From: Basidiobolus meristosporus CBS 931.73
Lineage: Eukaryota > Fungi > Basidiobolomycota
NCBI GenBank assembly: GCA_002104905.1
Contig: MCFE01000053.1
Location: 131,721 to 195,720 of the forward strand
Direction: 5' to 3'
Length of the DNA: 64,000 nt
The translations under genes were made by a program, and so were the position numbers. Positions 12,917-25,746 of this stretch are shown here, piece after piece. Position 1 is the first letter of the stretch, and every line of letters starts with the position of its first letter. A model generated the notes under the pieces. That model saw nothing but the letters and a program-made list of their open reading frames with translations, searched no databases and was not told the origin of the DNA.

Positions 12917-15274
12917 ATGTTGACTTCTCAAGAAGCCAGCTTTTCTAGCGAGGCCAATGCGAATAAGAAATCTAGGACAAGCCGCGCTTGCGATCTCTGC
13001 AGACGAAAAAAAGTAAAGTGCGATGGTCTAAAGCCAACCTGCTCTAATTGCAGCTCTCTCGGCCATGATTGTACCTATCTCGACAAGCCTAAAAAACGGG
13101 GTCCACAAAGTTCCCAACCAAAGGCCCTGGAAGCACGACTTAAACACCTAGAGAGTTTGCTCACTTCGCTTGTCGACAACGGTGGCGCCATGACCAACCA
13201 AATCGCCAATGAATTACGCTCAATTAACGAACACGGCGATTCATCCCCCAACATAGAGTCACCCGAACAAGAAGAATCGGAGGTAACTATCCTTGCAGAG
13301 AAGCCTGGCCGATCCGATGCTAAAACCTTTATTTAGGAGGAACTGAGCGAAGACGAGGATCACAGCGCGGATGAGGATGCCGCGTTGGATGTTGGTGATA
13401 AGCCATGCCCTCAAGATGTATCATATCGGTATGCCGGGAGCAGCTCTGGCATGTACTTACTAAACGACAATATCAAAAGAAGCCAATCTGTACACGATAT
13501 TCGGAAACTTCTGCCGGAAGCATACAATGATATTCCGGATCTTCCGGAGTCATTTCCCCCACCGGAGCTCGGTGAAAAATTGTTGAAGATATATTTTTGT
13601 CGATTTCACCCGTATATGCCAGTGTTCCACGCGAACGGATTTATGAACAAATATCGAGAAGGAAAGGTTCCCCCTATTGTTCTCAACGCCGTCTACGGGC
13701 TCGCATGTATCCACTCTGGAGATCACAATATCTTCCCAGATGTCGAGTCATACACCAAATATGCTCAGATGTTCTTTCTTCGCACCAAAGCATACCTTGA
13801 TCAAGAATACCATTCATCATCCATTCCGGTGATTCAAGCACTCTTTCTGATGACATTCAGCCCTACGTCGGGATGGCTCTTCCTTGGGATGGCTATTCGT
13901 ATGGCTCAAGATCTAGGCCTGCATAGAAATATCGAGTCCCAAAGCATGGACCCCATCGAAAGGGAAGACCGCAGATTGTTGTGGTGGTGCTGCGTTGTTA
14001 TGGACCGTTTTCAGAGTTCGGCTCTCGGCAAGCCGATGTCCATCAGTGAGACAGACTTTGACACAAAACTGCCATTGGAAATAGCAAGCTCGCAGCCCAT
14101 ATTTACCAACTTACCGAACTCCGTCGTTTCCTTACGGTATTTCACTCATCTGATCCGCCTGACTAGTATCATTGGCCGGATAATGAAGGAGGTATACGGG
14201 GTTGATTCTCCCCCGAACGCTACCGGAAAGATCCTTTGGACACTAAATACAGAGATTCGAGACTGGGAGGCAACATTGCCTGCGGAGTTCAAGTATGATT
14301 ACACACGGCCACTGAAGAACAACGTACACTCCATCATGCTCAATACTTTCTGCCAATTCGCCGTCATCTTGCTGAACCGTCCATTCATCCCACGAGCAAA
14401 CAAGTACAAGAAGTCCACAGCAATCAGCCCTGCGCTAAAGGTCTGCTCAAGAGCTGCCAGCATCATGACATTCATAAGTTACCACACTCCCAATGGATAT
14501 AGATTACACGGGGTTATTTTCAAGACATTGTTTACATTTTCATCTTCAATGATCCATCTTATCAGCTCACTGTCAAACGCACCCGACATCGCACAAACCG
14601 GAAGAATCAATTTGTCGTTTAATTTACGCTTATTGCAAGAGTATCAGGAGATCTCATCGGGCTCGGCGCGTTGCCTCAACTTCATGAGAGAGATCGTTCA
14701 GGATCGGAAGGTGCATAAAGTGAACGAGCTTCCGCCAGAGCCGCCCTTGCCTCCACCAGTCCCGATCTCACCTGACCTCAATAACAAAACCCCAAAACGA
14801 AGTGATTCGGGGGCTCTTCTAATCATCCCAGAAAGACATTTTGGCTCTCCGGTAAATCGGAACTCGGGGTCACTTTCGCCGACCAGTATAACAACGCTCA
14901 ATTCGGTCAAGATGGAATCACCATCGGAGCCGTCTCAAACCACCACCCCTACTGTTACCACGTACCCAAACCTGAACCAAATCAATATCGCGGACCCGAT
15001 ATTCCAGTATCCTAATATCTCCCAAACCATGCAAGGCCCAAGGAATCTGTTCTCACCAGAGGCCTACTCCAGCCCGGGTAATTACATGAATTCCCAGCGT
15101 GAGGCAAGTGTGAATTCATCCATGTCCTTGTCCGAGATCTATCAGCAGGATTGTGCACCCGGCCCCTTCATCGGGAATCCGCAGTTCTACAACAACCACC
15201 AAATGGACATCAATATGCAGGAGTGGAATAATTATATTGACCAGTTTTCGAATTTCGCCTCCCCGTCCATGTAA
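12917..15274 (+). CDS. Zn(II)2Cys6 transcription factor with fungal-specific TF (middle homology) domain; intron 13283-13336
   Basis: RACDLCRRKKVKCDGLKPTCSNCSSLGHDCTY binuclear cluster; GWLFLGMAIRMAQDLGLHR..EDRRLLWWCCVVMDR. Exact start uncertain. Confidence 0.9.
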
Positions 15275-15938
15275 TTTTATCATCCCTTTATGCACCCCGC
15301 ATCCTCAGCCGACCCCTAGAACGTGCTGCTTTGTTACCGCACCACGACTGTAATTGTTTTACCGAAGCACTCTATGACCGTTAGCTTCTAGGGATGTCTG
15401 CTTCGCCCCGACCCCGTAAGCAGACGGATACATCCACATTCAGGCCCCTTTGGGCCCGGTCACTGGAATGGAAAGAAGAATAAATTTTTCATTTGATTGT
15501 AAAGATGACGATGTTGTGGAACTGATTTTGTTACGGTCTGTTACGGCATGCAAGTCTTTTTCCTACATTTCCTCATCAATCAATTCTTCTCACATCAGAT
15601 GTGATGCGTCAGGCGCATAGATGTGGAGGTCACGCAATCCCTCCTTTGACAGTCCTGACTCGCGCGAAACCTCGATACGATCAGGATGAGGGTGAGGGTG
15701 AGGGTGAGGAAAGAGGAACACAAGTGAGTTCGACAAAAATAGGACTTTCGGCGTACGATGCCATTACAGGTCAACACTAGCAGCTTTTCAACAAATTGGG
15801 ATGGTCTACACTCCGATCTATCAACGTGGATCAGATGGCTGGAAATAGGTAGGCTGGTGAGCCAATTGTGCCAAATCCCATTCCCCTGAAATGGAAACTG
15901 GTTTGACTATTTCCGGAGGGATGCACCGATACTAAATA

Positions 15939-17411
15939 CTACAAGGTGTAGACGAACTCTGGATGCCTATCCCCAGCCAGCTCCACTCCACCGTAATTCG
16001 TCACCTCCATTTCCACCTGCTCCGGCGTTAATTTGGAACGACGCCTATTCTCCCAAGTGAACACGGCTCTAAGCAAGACTACCAATATTGTTTGCAGGCC
16101 AACATTACACACCGCGATGGTGTGACCATGCACGTATTTAGGTGGATCATAATAAATCTGGCCGCCGATTGCTCCACCTATTGTACCGAATGACACTATG
16201 GCTGCGGACGCCACCGCTCGGCGAGTCAATCCGCCGAAGTTGTTGTTGAACCAGGCTATCTTGATCGAGACATTTGCGTAAACCCCCGCTGTCACGAGGA
16301 CAGCCCCGAAATAGTGAATCCCAACCGCATCGTGATGGATGAGTAGCAGAAACAAGAAGCCTGCAACGGTAACTAGATTGATGAAGACCATATGGAAGCT
16401 ACGCTCTACAAAATGATCCGAACTGAAGCATAGCAGTATGGTCGCAACGAATGCCGCCATGTAGGGAGGAACGGTCATCAATTGCGACTTGACCATGGAC
16501 CAGTGGCCAAGGCCGTTCACTATGGAGGGCAGGAACAGCGTGACACCTTGGAGCGCTATAGTCCCTGTGATGTAGATGAGCATATACGCGTATGTTTTCC
16601 AATCTTTGAACACCGAGCCTACTTGCGCCCAAGACCAAGAATGATCATTTGCCACTCCAGCATCCGCAGCCAACCTGTATATTTCATACGCACGCTCATC
16701 ATCGGTTAGAAACGTGGCAGTCTCGGGGGAGTCCGGAAGAAAGAGCCAGCAAAGGATGGCCAACATCACCGTGGGCAGGCCTTCGATCAAGAAGATGTTC
16801 TGCCAACCGGTGAGCGAGCTTCTGATTTGACTGATTCCGTAGGCAAGTATACCGCCGAACGCCCCTGCCAATGACGAAAACGACCAGAAGAAGCCCAGCC
16901 GTACTGCCTGTTCTTTACGCGGGTACCACAAAGACATGTAATAGATGATCCCAGGGAATAGACCCGCTTCAAAGGCACCCAGAAGGAACCTGCAAACCGC
17001 CAATCCAACGAAATCCTTGATAGCCACCATACAGACGGCAACAGTTCCCCAGCAAAACATCAGGATGGCAATCCATTTGGAGGCCCTCCACCTTCTCAAC
17101 ACAATGTTCGAGGGGAGTTCAAATAGCACGTAACCAAAGAAAAATATCGACAAACACCATTGGTATTGGTGCTGGTCTATGCCAATGTCTTGATCAAGCC
17201 CCGCAAGTTTGGCATTGGCGATATTCGATCTATCAAGGTACGAGAGCAGGTATATGATACACAAAATCGGCAAAAGCGTCAAGTCAAGTTTGCGGATAAG
17301 GCTCCTGTGTACACGTGCATGGTCTTCGTTCTTGCATTGAGCTTCCAAAGTGATGACTTCCTTAATGAACGGGTGTTCCTTCAGACCAGCAGGCTCGGCA
17401 GTATCGCCCAT
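15939..17411 (-). CDS. MFS transporter, Dal5/Tna1-like (allantoate/nicotinate permease family), intronless
   Basis: LIRKLDLTLLPILCIIYLLSYLDRSNIANAK, RFLLGAFEAGLFPG, AGAFGGILAYGI; 12-TM pattern; ends HPEFVYTL. Confidence 0.92.
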   Translation of the reverse strand: MGDTAEPAGLKEHPFIKEVITLEAQCKNEDHARVHRSLIRKLDLTLLPILCIIYLLSYLDRSNIANAKLAGLDQDIGIDQHQYQWCLSIFFFGYVLFELPSNIVLRRWRASKWIAILMFCWGTVAVCMVAIKDFVGLAVCRFLLGAFEAGLFPGIIYYMSLWYPRKEQAVRLGFFWSFSSLAGAFGGILAYGISQIRSSLTGWQNIFLIEGLPTVMLAILCWLFLPDSPETATFLTDDERAYEIYRLAADAGVANDHSWSWAQVGSVFKDWKTYAYMLIYITGTIALQGVTLFLPSIVNGLGHWSMVKSQLMTVPPYMAAFVATILLCFSSDHFVERSFHMVFINLVTVAGFLFLLLIHHDAVGIHYFGAVLVTAGVYANVSIKIAWFNNNFGGLTRRAVASAAIVSFGTIGGAIGGQIYYDPPKYVHGHTIAVCNVGLQTILVVLLRAVFTWENRRRSKLTPEQVEMEVTNYGGVELAGDRHPEFVYTL

Positions 17412-17796
17412 GTGGGAAGTTACAGTTGACGGGATTACCCAAGAGCCAGTCAGCTTGGTATCAAGCAATGCTATGTGACTGAAGTTTTATACTGGCTCTC
17501 CTCCGCATAGGGAATTCCTTCAGAAAGTTCCAAGGATAAATACAATCTCATTAATGCACGAGAACTTCGCCTTTATATACGTCACCATGTATTATTTGCA
17601 TGATGAGAGATTGTGAAAATCCGACAAATAGACACACCATGGCATGGTGGTGGTTTCTTGCCAACATACTGATAATGTGATCATTGCGGAAGTATTGCTG
17701 AGCATCAACAATACCACCAAGTCTATTTATACAAGTTTACAGAGAAGTGTGTACAGGGGTAAAGAACAAATACGAATAAAGGGAGAGGGGGTCTAT

Positions 17797-19205
17797 TCAC
17801 GAAATCCACAGATACTGCGACCTGACTTGAGCTCCAGTAACATTGTGCCTCAAATGGGCAAACTCCAAATGATCCTTGAACACAAGCAACCAGTTCTCCA
17901 TGGATTCTCGGGACTCCGCAACAAGATACATTTTGATTTGAATGTCCATGTTGTCATACAGGTCCCACTCGGGGAATTCTTTTGGATTTACCACTTCCGA
18001 AGAAAACGTCAATTCAAAAGTATTCATCCCCATGTTGATGATATCAGAGCGTGTGAACGATACATTGGTAAGGTGACCCAAATCAATGCTACCGATATGC
18101 GGCTGCTCCTAAAACCAATCTGTTAGGTAGTGCTAGGAATGGATAGAGTAGTGATACTTACCTTGGCGTTTTCGTGTGAATACAATAACAGTTTGCGATC
18201 TTTAAATACCACATAATACTTGCTCCATGTTTGCTGTAAGTGGAAAGTGTTAGAGGTTGATCGTAGAGCATTTGACAAAGCAGGTCCTACCGAGTAGATG
18301 CCTGTCCGGGTGAAGATTTTCAAGTAATCCTCATATATGACGCACTGGAGCGATTCCTTGACTGATCTCTCTTTCAAGTTCCCTTTGTATTCGGGTATCC
18401 ATTGGGGCTTCCCGATCATCATCACACCAATTTCCAAAGTGAGTAATGCGTGGTGCAGAGTGTTATTCTTCTCCAAAGATATGCTGTGTGTAACGAGCCG
18501 CTTCTCAGCTTTTTCAAGCGGAAATCGAAGGTCCAGGGTCCCAATGGTGTACGGGTCCTTTTCACGGCCTTGGATTCTCCGCAGCAGCTTTCGCGGGCTT
18601 AAAATACTGGGCTTCTTTACTAGATTGTGGGAGGCTTGTGCGATTGCAGTGATTTGTATGGTGAAGTCCGACACAACGTCGAATAGGAAGATCTCGTCAA
18701 ATGATAATGTGTACGAAGTGTCTCCCTGGTGTTGTGGTGTGACAGTAGAGGTAGAACATTCTTGGCCACCAACTTTTAATGCAAAGCGTACATCGTAAGA
18801 TTTCTTCACACTATTGTACTGCAATTGGTGAACTCGTACATAAAGTACACCGCATTCTCCAGGTTGAGGAGGTTTGCGAATCGATTTGAACAGGCACGAA
18901 GGTACCGAGGATCGACGCGTTCTCCTTCTAGGGCCGTTGGCGTGTTTCGTATGATTTTCATCCTGCTTCTCGATCTTGGGTTTGGTGCTGATCACCTCTT
19001 TGGATCGATCATACACCCAATCCGAAACGGCAGGTTCCAGGTCAGGACCCCGTTTTCTAGCACAATAAAAACTTTTCGCTCTCTGAGGGGGGACTTGGGC
19101 CGAGGGTATAGTGAATTCGCGTTTGGGTGAAGCCAAAAAGTCCGAGCGCTGTTTCTTTGGGGATGGGCTCATACGCTCATGAATGGTCTTTAGGCGCTTC
19201 AACAT
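17797..19205 (-). CDS. Anillin-related (Bud4/Mid2-like) protein with C2-like and C-terminal PH domain
   Basis: GVLYVRV..SFDEIFLFDV (C2-like); YEDYL..WSKYYVVFKDRKLLLY..YLVAESRESMENWL (PH). The 5' end may include an upstream exon. Confidence 0.55.
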
Positions 19206-19621
19206 CTGAGCAGTGGAATACTAATGTGAGGCCAACGTGCTTGTAACTAGTGGCGAGATAAGATCAGAAACACTTGTAACTAGTGGTGATGGGCTTGGGA
19301 TCGGTTCTTTTCGAACAGGCCAGGGCTTTATATTGGTTGGGTTTGTTTACCTCAAAGGTTTGATGTCCCAGCCCAATTAAGACACGCCCCGATAAAACTC
19401 GCTGTGCGCATGCTGAAATGGACAAAAACAGAGACCTTGGGATGGTAAACAAAGAGAAATTTAGATTCTGCCAAATGATTGGTGCAGCCTCTTGGAGTCA
19501 GTATATTTAGACTTCATTACGCAAATTGATTGGAGTGCCGTCAAAGGGACACTCTTCACTCGACGTGGTTTCAAAGTTGTTTATTAATTAGAACATGCTC
19601 GTTTGTGTTGAGTCCTTTGAC

Positions 19622-20784
19622 TTATCGCTTTTGTGCGATAACATACCAATTGTCCCGGTCGTAGCCGGATTCCAAGATGTCTGCCTCATTGGTACTACAC
19701 ACCAAATCATCGAGCTCGTGCTCACGGAAGAGGTGATAGTATCTTTCAACAAACACACGGGATTTAGTGAACGGCCTAGATGAATTGTTCATGTGCTTGC
19801 ATACCTGTTCAAAACAATCTCCTCCTGATCTTGCTCGGAAATATTGTTCTCTTCACGATACTTCTTGGCTAATTCGGTGGGCAATGCCCAGGGAACATAT
19901 ACGTCCTGATGATTTTGATCAAATTTACGCTTGCCCTGCGAGAATGCATTAGAACATGCCTTCTAAGATCATAGCATTGATCACCGTCTACCTGTTGCTC
20001 CAGTGCCCATACGAAGATCAAGATCTTGCCCGACTTCTTAGTAATTCGGAGGATTTCCTGATTCCTACCGCGTTAGCCTTTGTTGCTTTCCACGTCTGTT
20101 GTTTCAATATACCTTGATGGCTGCTATCCGTCTTTCGGGGGTGGTAAAGTGATGAATCACCGCAATTGATATGGCATAGTCCTATGGGGAGGGGGGTCAA
20201 GGTACAAAACTATATGGGCTTGGTTGACAAGGAACGTTGTGTCATACAAAAAAGATACAAAGCACTCCTTTCTGTAAGGGAGACTAAGATTATCGCAGAC
20301 CATTGCCTCCAGGCCTCGCTCACCACAGATCTTGATCAGATTAGAACTCCTATAAGACAAGACATTAATTTCTCTGGCATACCTAACAGGTGGCGGTCAC
20401 AAAAACCACCCATTCAAACAATATTCCGCTACCTGTCAGAACCAATGGTGAATACATTTTTGTTGACACCGAGATATTTTCCATTGCCACAACCAACATC
20501 AGCACCAACATCTCCGGTGGGAATAGATAGCATGAATTTCTCAACAACAGGCCAAGGCTATCCTCAATAATAACAACAATAGTGGCTGGTTAAAATGACG
20601 CTTATTCTACTGTTTATACTATCTCCAATGAAGATGAGCTATAGAAGCCTGTAATATCAACCTTGTACCGTGTTTGACTAAAGTGGGGAGCGATCACCTC
20701 GTATACATCGTGAACATGTTGCTCCTCCTCTTTTGCAGAGTTTTGACTTAAATCTTGAACGATCGGTATGTTTGGCTTTGGCAT
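19622..20784 (-). CDS. TRM9: tRNA (carboxymethyluridine-34) methyltransferase, Trm9 / ALKBH8 MTase-domain family (multi-exon)
   Basis: Spliced peptide HVHDVYEVIAPHFSQTRYK|PWPVVEKFM..DVGCGNGKY..DYAISIAVIHHFTTPERR..ILIFVWALEQ..QDVYVPW..RYYHLFREHEL..YDRDNWYVIAQKR*. Confidence 0.9.
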
Positions 20785-21180
20785 CTTGTTGGTGTAAGAG
20801 GTCACCCACTAGCTAATATGCGAGTCGTTCTAGAACTTGGTAGTCTAGAATGCAATTCCAATCATTTTTTTTGTCCCAAACCCCTTTTTTTCGAAAGAAA
20901 ATGCACATTCTGCTTATTTCCAACCAATTTAATCAGATTCGAGGGTGGATCTCCTAAGAGTACCTGGATTCGCCGATTCATTGGGATTTCTTGACAGCTG
21001 CATGGCTCTTCCAATGGGTGAACATTTGGACAACATTGGACTTGAGTTCTAGATTCGTTCTAAATGTAAACGCTCCGAGAAATCGATATTTATTTGGTTC
21101 GGCTCATCATATTCAACAATATAGTCGCTTTTCAGAGGTTGTCTTTGGTAGCCTACGCTCCATAGTTTATTTTGTGTGAT

Positions 21181-22479
21181 ATGGTCAGCAATCTAGCCTC
21201 CAACAACCCCACTGCTGGCAAGTTCAGGTCCAAGAGGCAGGAAAAATTGGCCTTGAAGAATGCCCAGAGTAACAAATCTTTTGTTAACCAAACGGCCTTT
21301 CGAACTGCCGAGCGTGCCTATCGTACTCGTATACCACCACCGGACTTTACCAATGTGATCGATTTTGCAAACCTTGAGAGAAATACCCAGGAGAACCTAG
21401 ACAGAATGGTGAAAGTGGAGCTTAAACACGACCTTGCCGCATTGTCACCTCTATTTGGGGAAAGCAAGGGAAACGAGGCTAAAGTGGGTTATACACTAAA
21501 AGACTTCCCTGGTAAACGTCTATTCAACTTGCTCACACTGGCAGTTCTGTATTTTCTAAAACCCTTTTGGCTTGCGACAGGTGTCGTCATTATACCTCGA
21601 GCTTTCTCTCCAGATGCACAAAAGGATATTATCAAGAGCTGCCTTCGTAATCACGCTAAACACCCCAACCTTTCAAACTTGGATGCTCACTACGAAGTAC
21701 CCGATGATGGTATCTGGAGTCTACACGAAAAAGTATTCAAAGGAGAGCTTTCGGAGGATGATCCTAGTTGTGTAGTCCCTCTCAAAGCCAACAAAGACGA
21801 CGACGAGGATATCGGTGCTTACTCAAATACCCCCAAGGATTCTCACCTAGCTGAACTTCCACCCTCACAGTTGATCCGCCGCCTCCGATGGATTACATGC
21901 GGATACCAGTACAATTGGCTGGAGAAGAAGTATGCACTGGACAAACGGTTTCCATTCCCCGAGGACATTAGCGATATCGCCATATCAGTGGCTAAAGCCA
22001 TTGAAGGTGTAGGACACATCGAAGCCGATGGGAGTGGATATGTAAATCGATACGAGGGAGACAAGTACAAACCGGAAGCCGGTGTCATCAACTACTATCA
22101 ATTGAAAGATAGCCTGATGGCACATGTGGATAAGAGCGAGATTAATATGGATGCCCCCTTGATTTCTTTCAGGTAAAACCGGACTGAATGCCTCACACAA
22201 CGTGCCTTCATCTGACTCTCTTACAGTCTAGGGCAGTCTTGCATTTATTTACTGGGTGGGGCAACAAGAGACGTTCCTCCGGTCGCCATCTATCTACGAA
22301 GCGGTGATATGATGGCCATGTGCGGCCCTTGTAGAGCAGCATTTCACGGTGTTCCACGCATTCTTGAAGGCACCCTCCCTGACCACCTGAAGCCCAATCC
22401 TGAGGACCCGGACTGGGATATCTACGCGGACTTTGTGAACGAGGCTCGAATCAACGTGAATATCCGTCAAGTGTTCTGA
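21181..22479 (+). CDS. ALKBH1: AlkB homolog 1-like Fe(II)/2-oxoglutarate dioxygenase
   Basis: LRWITCGYQYNW..PEAGVINYY..LMAHVDKSE..PLISFSLGQSCIFLLGG..LRSGD..FHGVPRI..RINVNIRQV (HxD..H..R motif). Confidence 0.9.
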
Positions 22480-22616
22480 ATGTACATTAAAATATGGGTG
22501 ATGGCCATAGAGTTTTGGAAATAGAATAGAATAGATTATTCAAAATCGTTTAATTAAATTAGGTTGGTTCAAAATTGCTCTCCCCTACTACCAATACTGA
22601 GCAGGTTGGGTGACTA

Positions 22617-23320
22617 TTAATTGATACATGACATCAAAAATGCGGGCATCAGCGCGACCAGAACGGATGCACCGAAGTTCGCGCTAGCGCCGTTGACCGA
22701 GATTGGAACTTTTCCGGCGGTATCTGGGTTACTTGCCACGTTCGCAACAGGAGTGGAGGATGGTGTGGGGGTTGCGTCAGATTTGCTTGTGGCCTTGGAT
22801 ACAGCGGAGGGAACGATAGCTGTTTCCTTAGGTGCTGGAACGTTAGAGGTACTGGTGACCTCGATGTTATTGATGGAAAAAGATTTGTCGTTGGCTTTGG
22901 AACCCTCGACGTCGAAGAAATGGGAGTAGAATACATCGCTACCAGAGCCGATACGAACGGCATACTGAGCACCAGAAGGGATAGTGTTGGGAACGGTCCA
23001 TTGATATGGACCCGATTTGTTGGTAAGTCCTTTTGCCACAACACTGACCTCCTGTAAATTGTCAGCTTTACCAGACATTAAAGTGATGTCGAACTTGGTG
23101 GGGGTGGTAGTTTGATTATTCTCTAACCTGTGATGATGACACTTAACGTACTGGACTGGTTTCATTGATCTGAGTGAATGACTTACCAATTAATAGTGAC
23201 CTTGGTCCCAGATACCCACTTGGTTCCATCAATTGGCTGGGTAATGTAAAAGCCACCTAGGGCGGAACTGGCCAAAAAAGCGACAGAACTTAGGAAAGTG
23301 AGACCGTTCAGGAGAAGCAT
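22617..23320 (-). CDS. Ser/Thr-rich GPI-anchored protein (Kre9/KNH-N-like), paralog 4, one intron
   Basis: MLLLNGLTFLSSVAFLASSALG signal; GTKWVSGTKVTINW|..GPYQWTVP..QYAVRIG..YSHFFDV; hydrophobic end ..VLVALMPAFLMSCIN*. Confidence 0.85.
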
Positions 23321-24197
23321 TAAAGAAATAAGAAGATAAGCTTAATGGCACTGGTTACGTCGCATGAGGATTATATATAGATCTTCGAAAGGCCAATCCT
23401 TGAAAACAAACCATAAATGTAGCGTAGCGAGTACAAGAAGAATTCTAGAGTAATGTATTTCATCATCTTTCAATAAGCATTTGACCTTTTTGATGTGGCT
23501 GGCAGCTCGAATCAGCCCTTACATTAATTATACAGTAAGTGCCCAGCATAAAGTCCACTTTCGTCCCTCCCAGATGACGGCCATTAACATGTACAACATA
23601 AGCATTTGGCTACTTGTTACAGACAACCATTGGCTCACCATGTCATGGTGTATTATGAGTTGTGTACCGGTGGCCACCAATGATGGCCATTTTCTCTAAT
23701 TAAATGTATCTATCCCTTGATTGTTGCATCTGGCTTGAGAATTCGGCATGGAGTCTAATTTAAACCAAATTTATGCTTGATATGAACCTTCGGGCTTAGA
23801 TTACTGGACTTGATGGTTACCAGGGACCGTCCAGATGGAATCGAAATAATTTGCTTCAATCGATTATGTTGAAACCGAAGTACCAAAAACAGTTTAGTGA
23901 AAAGGGAAAACTCGTTATTACAAGTAACGAATTCAAATCCGTACCAAAATTTGTACATAATTAAATTTGTACCATGCAATTAAGCTAGTACTATTTCATA
24001 ACAACTTACTTGATACCGTATCACAGTAGTTTGTTATGGAAAGGTTGGACATGGGAGATGACTACGAGATAAATATCTGAATCAGTCAGTACGCTACACA
24101 CATGTATTTTCGAGGAGCTGACAGTATAAAACTAAAGCGATATCAACACGAAGTACTCAGCTTCCTCTCCAACATAGCCTAGATTCCTTTCAACACA

Positions 24198-25013
24198 ATG
24201 TTCTCAAAGACCCTCGCATCTGTCGCCGCTGTCGCTTTGTTGGCCGCCTCTGCCAGCGCTGATTACTCCATCGTTGAGCCTGTCGAAGGTACCAAGTGGG
24301 TTGCTGGAGAGACTGTTACCATCAGATGGTGAGTACATGACCACTATTGCATGAGCTGAAGCATTATTGTTTTCCATCACATTCTAGTTCATCATCCTAA
24401 CATATCTTTTATCAGGGTTGAGGTTGCTGGAACTCCTACCCCCGAGAAACTCAGCCTTGCCTTGATGGTCGGTGAGCCCACCCAACTTCAAGTCAGCCAA
24501 GTTATTGCCGATGTTGACTCCAAGGCCGGATCCTACAAGTGGACTGTTCCCAGCACTGTCCAACCCAGTGCTCAATACGCTGTCCGTGCCGGTAGCGGTG
24601 ATGCCGTCAAGTACTCTCACTACTTCGATGTTGAGGGTGACAATGTCAGTGTTGCTGCTGTCCAATCCTCTACTGATTCCGCTGTTGAGTCATCCACTCC
24701 CAGCAGTACCGCAGCCATCCCAGTTGCTTCCAGCAACGCTACTTCAGTAGCCTCTTCTGCTACTCCTGCTTCCAACTCCACTACCATTGCCAGCACCAGC
24801 CTTGTTAGCCCTACCTCTAGCATCGCCTCGTCTATCACTTCTTCCGGTGCTTCTTCCAAGCCCACCAGTGCCGCCACTAGCGCTCCAAGCAAGGTTAGCT
24901 CACAAGCCACTCCTTCTCCCAGCAAGACCCCCGCCAGTGCTGGTAGCAACCTTGCCATCTCCGCCATCTCTGCATTGATCCCCGCTGCCTTGGTTGCTTA
25001 CATGCGCCAATAG
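24198..25013 (+). CDS. Ser/Thr-rich GPI-anchored protein, paralog 5 (intact), one intron
   Basis: MFSKTLASVAAVALLAASASA signal; GTKWVAGETVTIRW|..GSYKWTVP..QYAVRAG..YSHYFDV; S/T tail; ..AISALIPAALVAYMRQ*. Confidence 0.9.
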
Positions 25014-25746
25014 AGGGAATCTGGCCAACATTATAGTAGTAGTAGTTTGCGCAATGGCATCAGCAATCAGTGTTCATCGCAGTTGGCAAGCCATCAAAAG
25101 CATAATAATAATGTATTAGCTCGCATGAATCAGAGTATTCGTATTATTATAATTATTAATCAGCCCTATACCCAATAAAATGAAACTTGTTCAGTTGGTA
25201 CTACTGTGTAGCAACAACGACAAGAAGCAAGAATCACCAAGCGTTTATTCGATTATATTGGATATTGCGAATTCCAGCCTTTATGGCCGAATGTGTTCGC
25301 CATTCGAATGGTGGATGGAATTCCGATAGTAACGCCGAGGTCGTTGCACCTGGACAAATAGTTGGCCGGTTAGGCATTGTCATACAGGGCATTGCGGGAT
25401 TTTTGTTTAGGTCGAAGTCGGAGATATTCCTGGCACGATATCCCGGCTCCGGTTGGGTGAAGATTGGCTCTGGGTGGTGGGAAGGTATCCGATTTTCGCT
25501 TGGTTAAAGATTATCAGAAAATTTGACTTCATCATACTTGCTACTCAGTAGGACCCCAGCTGGAGAGGTTTTATTATAACGGGTATAGGGCTGATTAATA
25601 ATTATAATAATACGAATACTCTGATTCATGCGAGCTAATACATTATTATTATGCTTTTGATGGCTTGCCAACTGCGATGAACACTGATTGCTGATGCCAT
25701 TGCGCAAACTACTACTACTACTACTATAATGTTGGCCAGATTCCCT

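Noticed and set aside
17644-18126. 160-aa + strand ORF, and other antisense ORFs over RPL11, NSR1, the aquaporin and the GPI genes
   Set aside because: Each is antisense to a well-supported gene and shows no independent motifs.
19240-19286. 14-bp direct repeat CTTGTAACTAGTGG, two copies
   Set aside because: Only two copies, most simply a small local duplication; not a CRISPR-like array.
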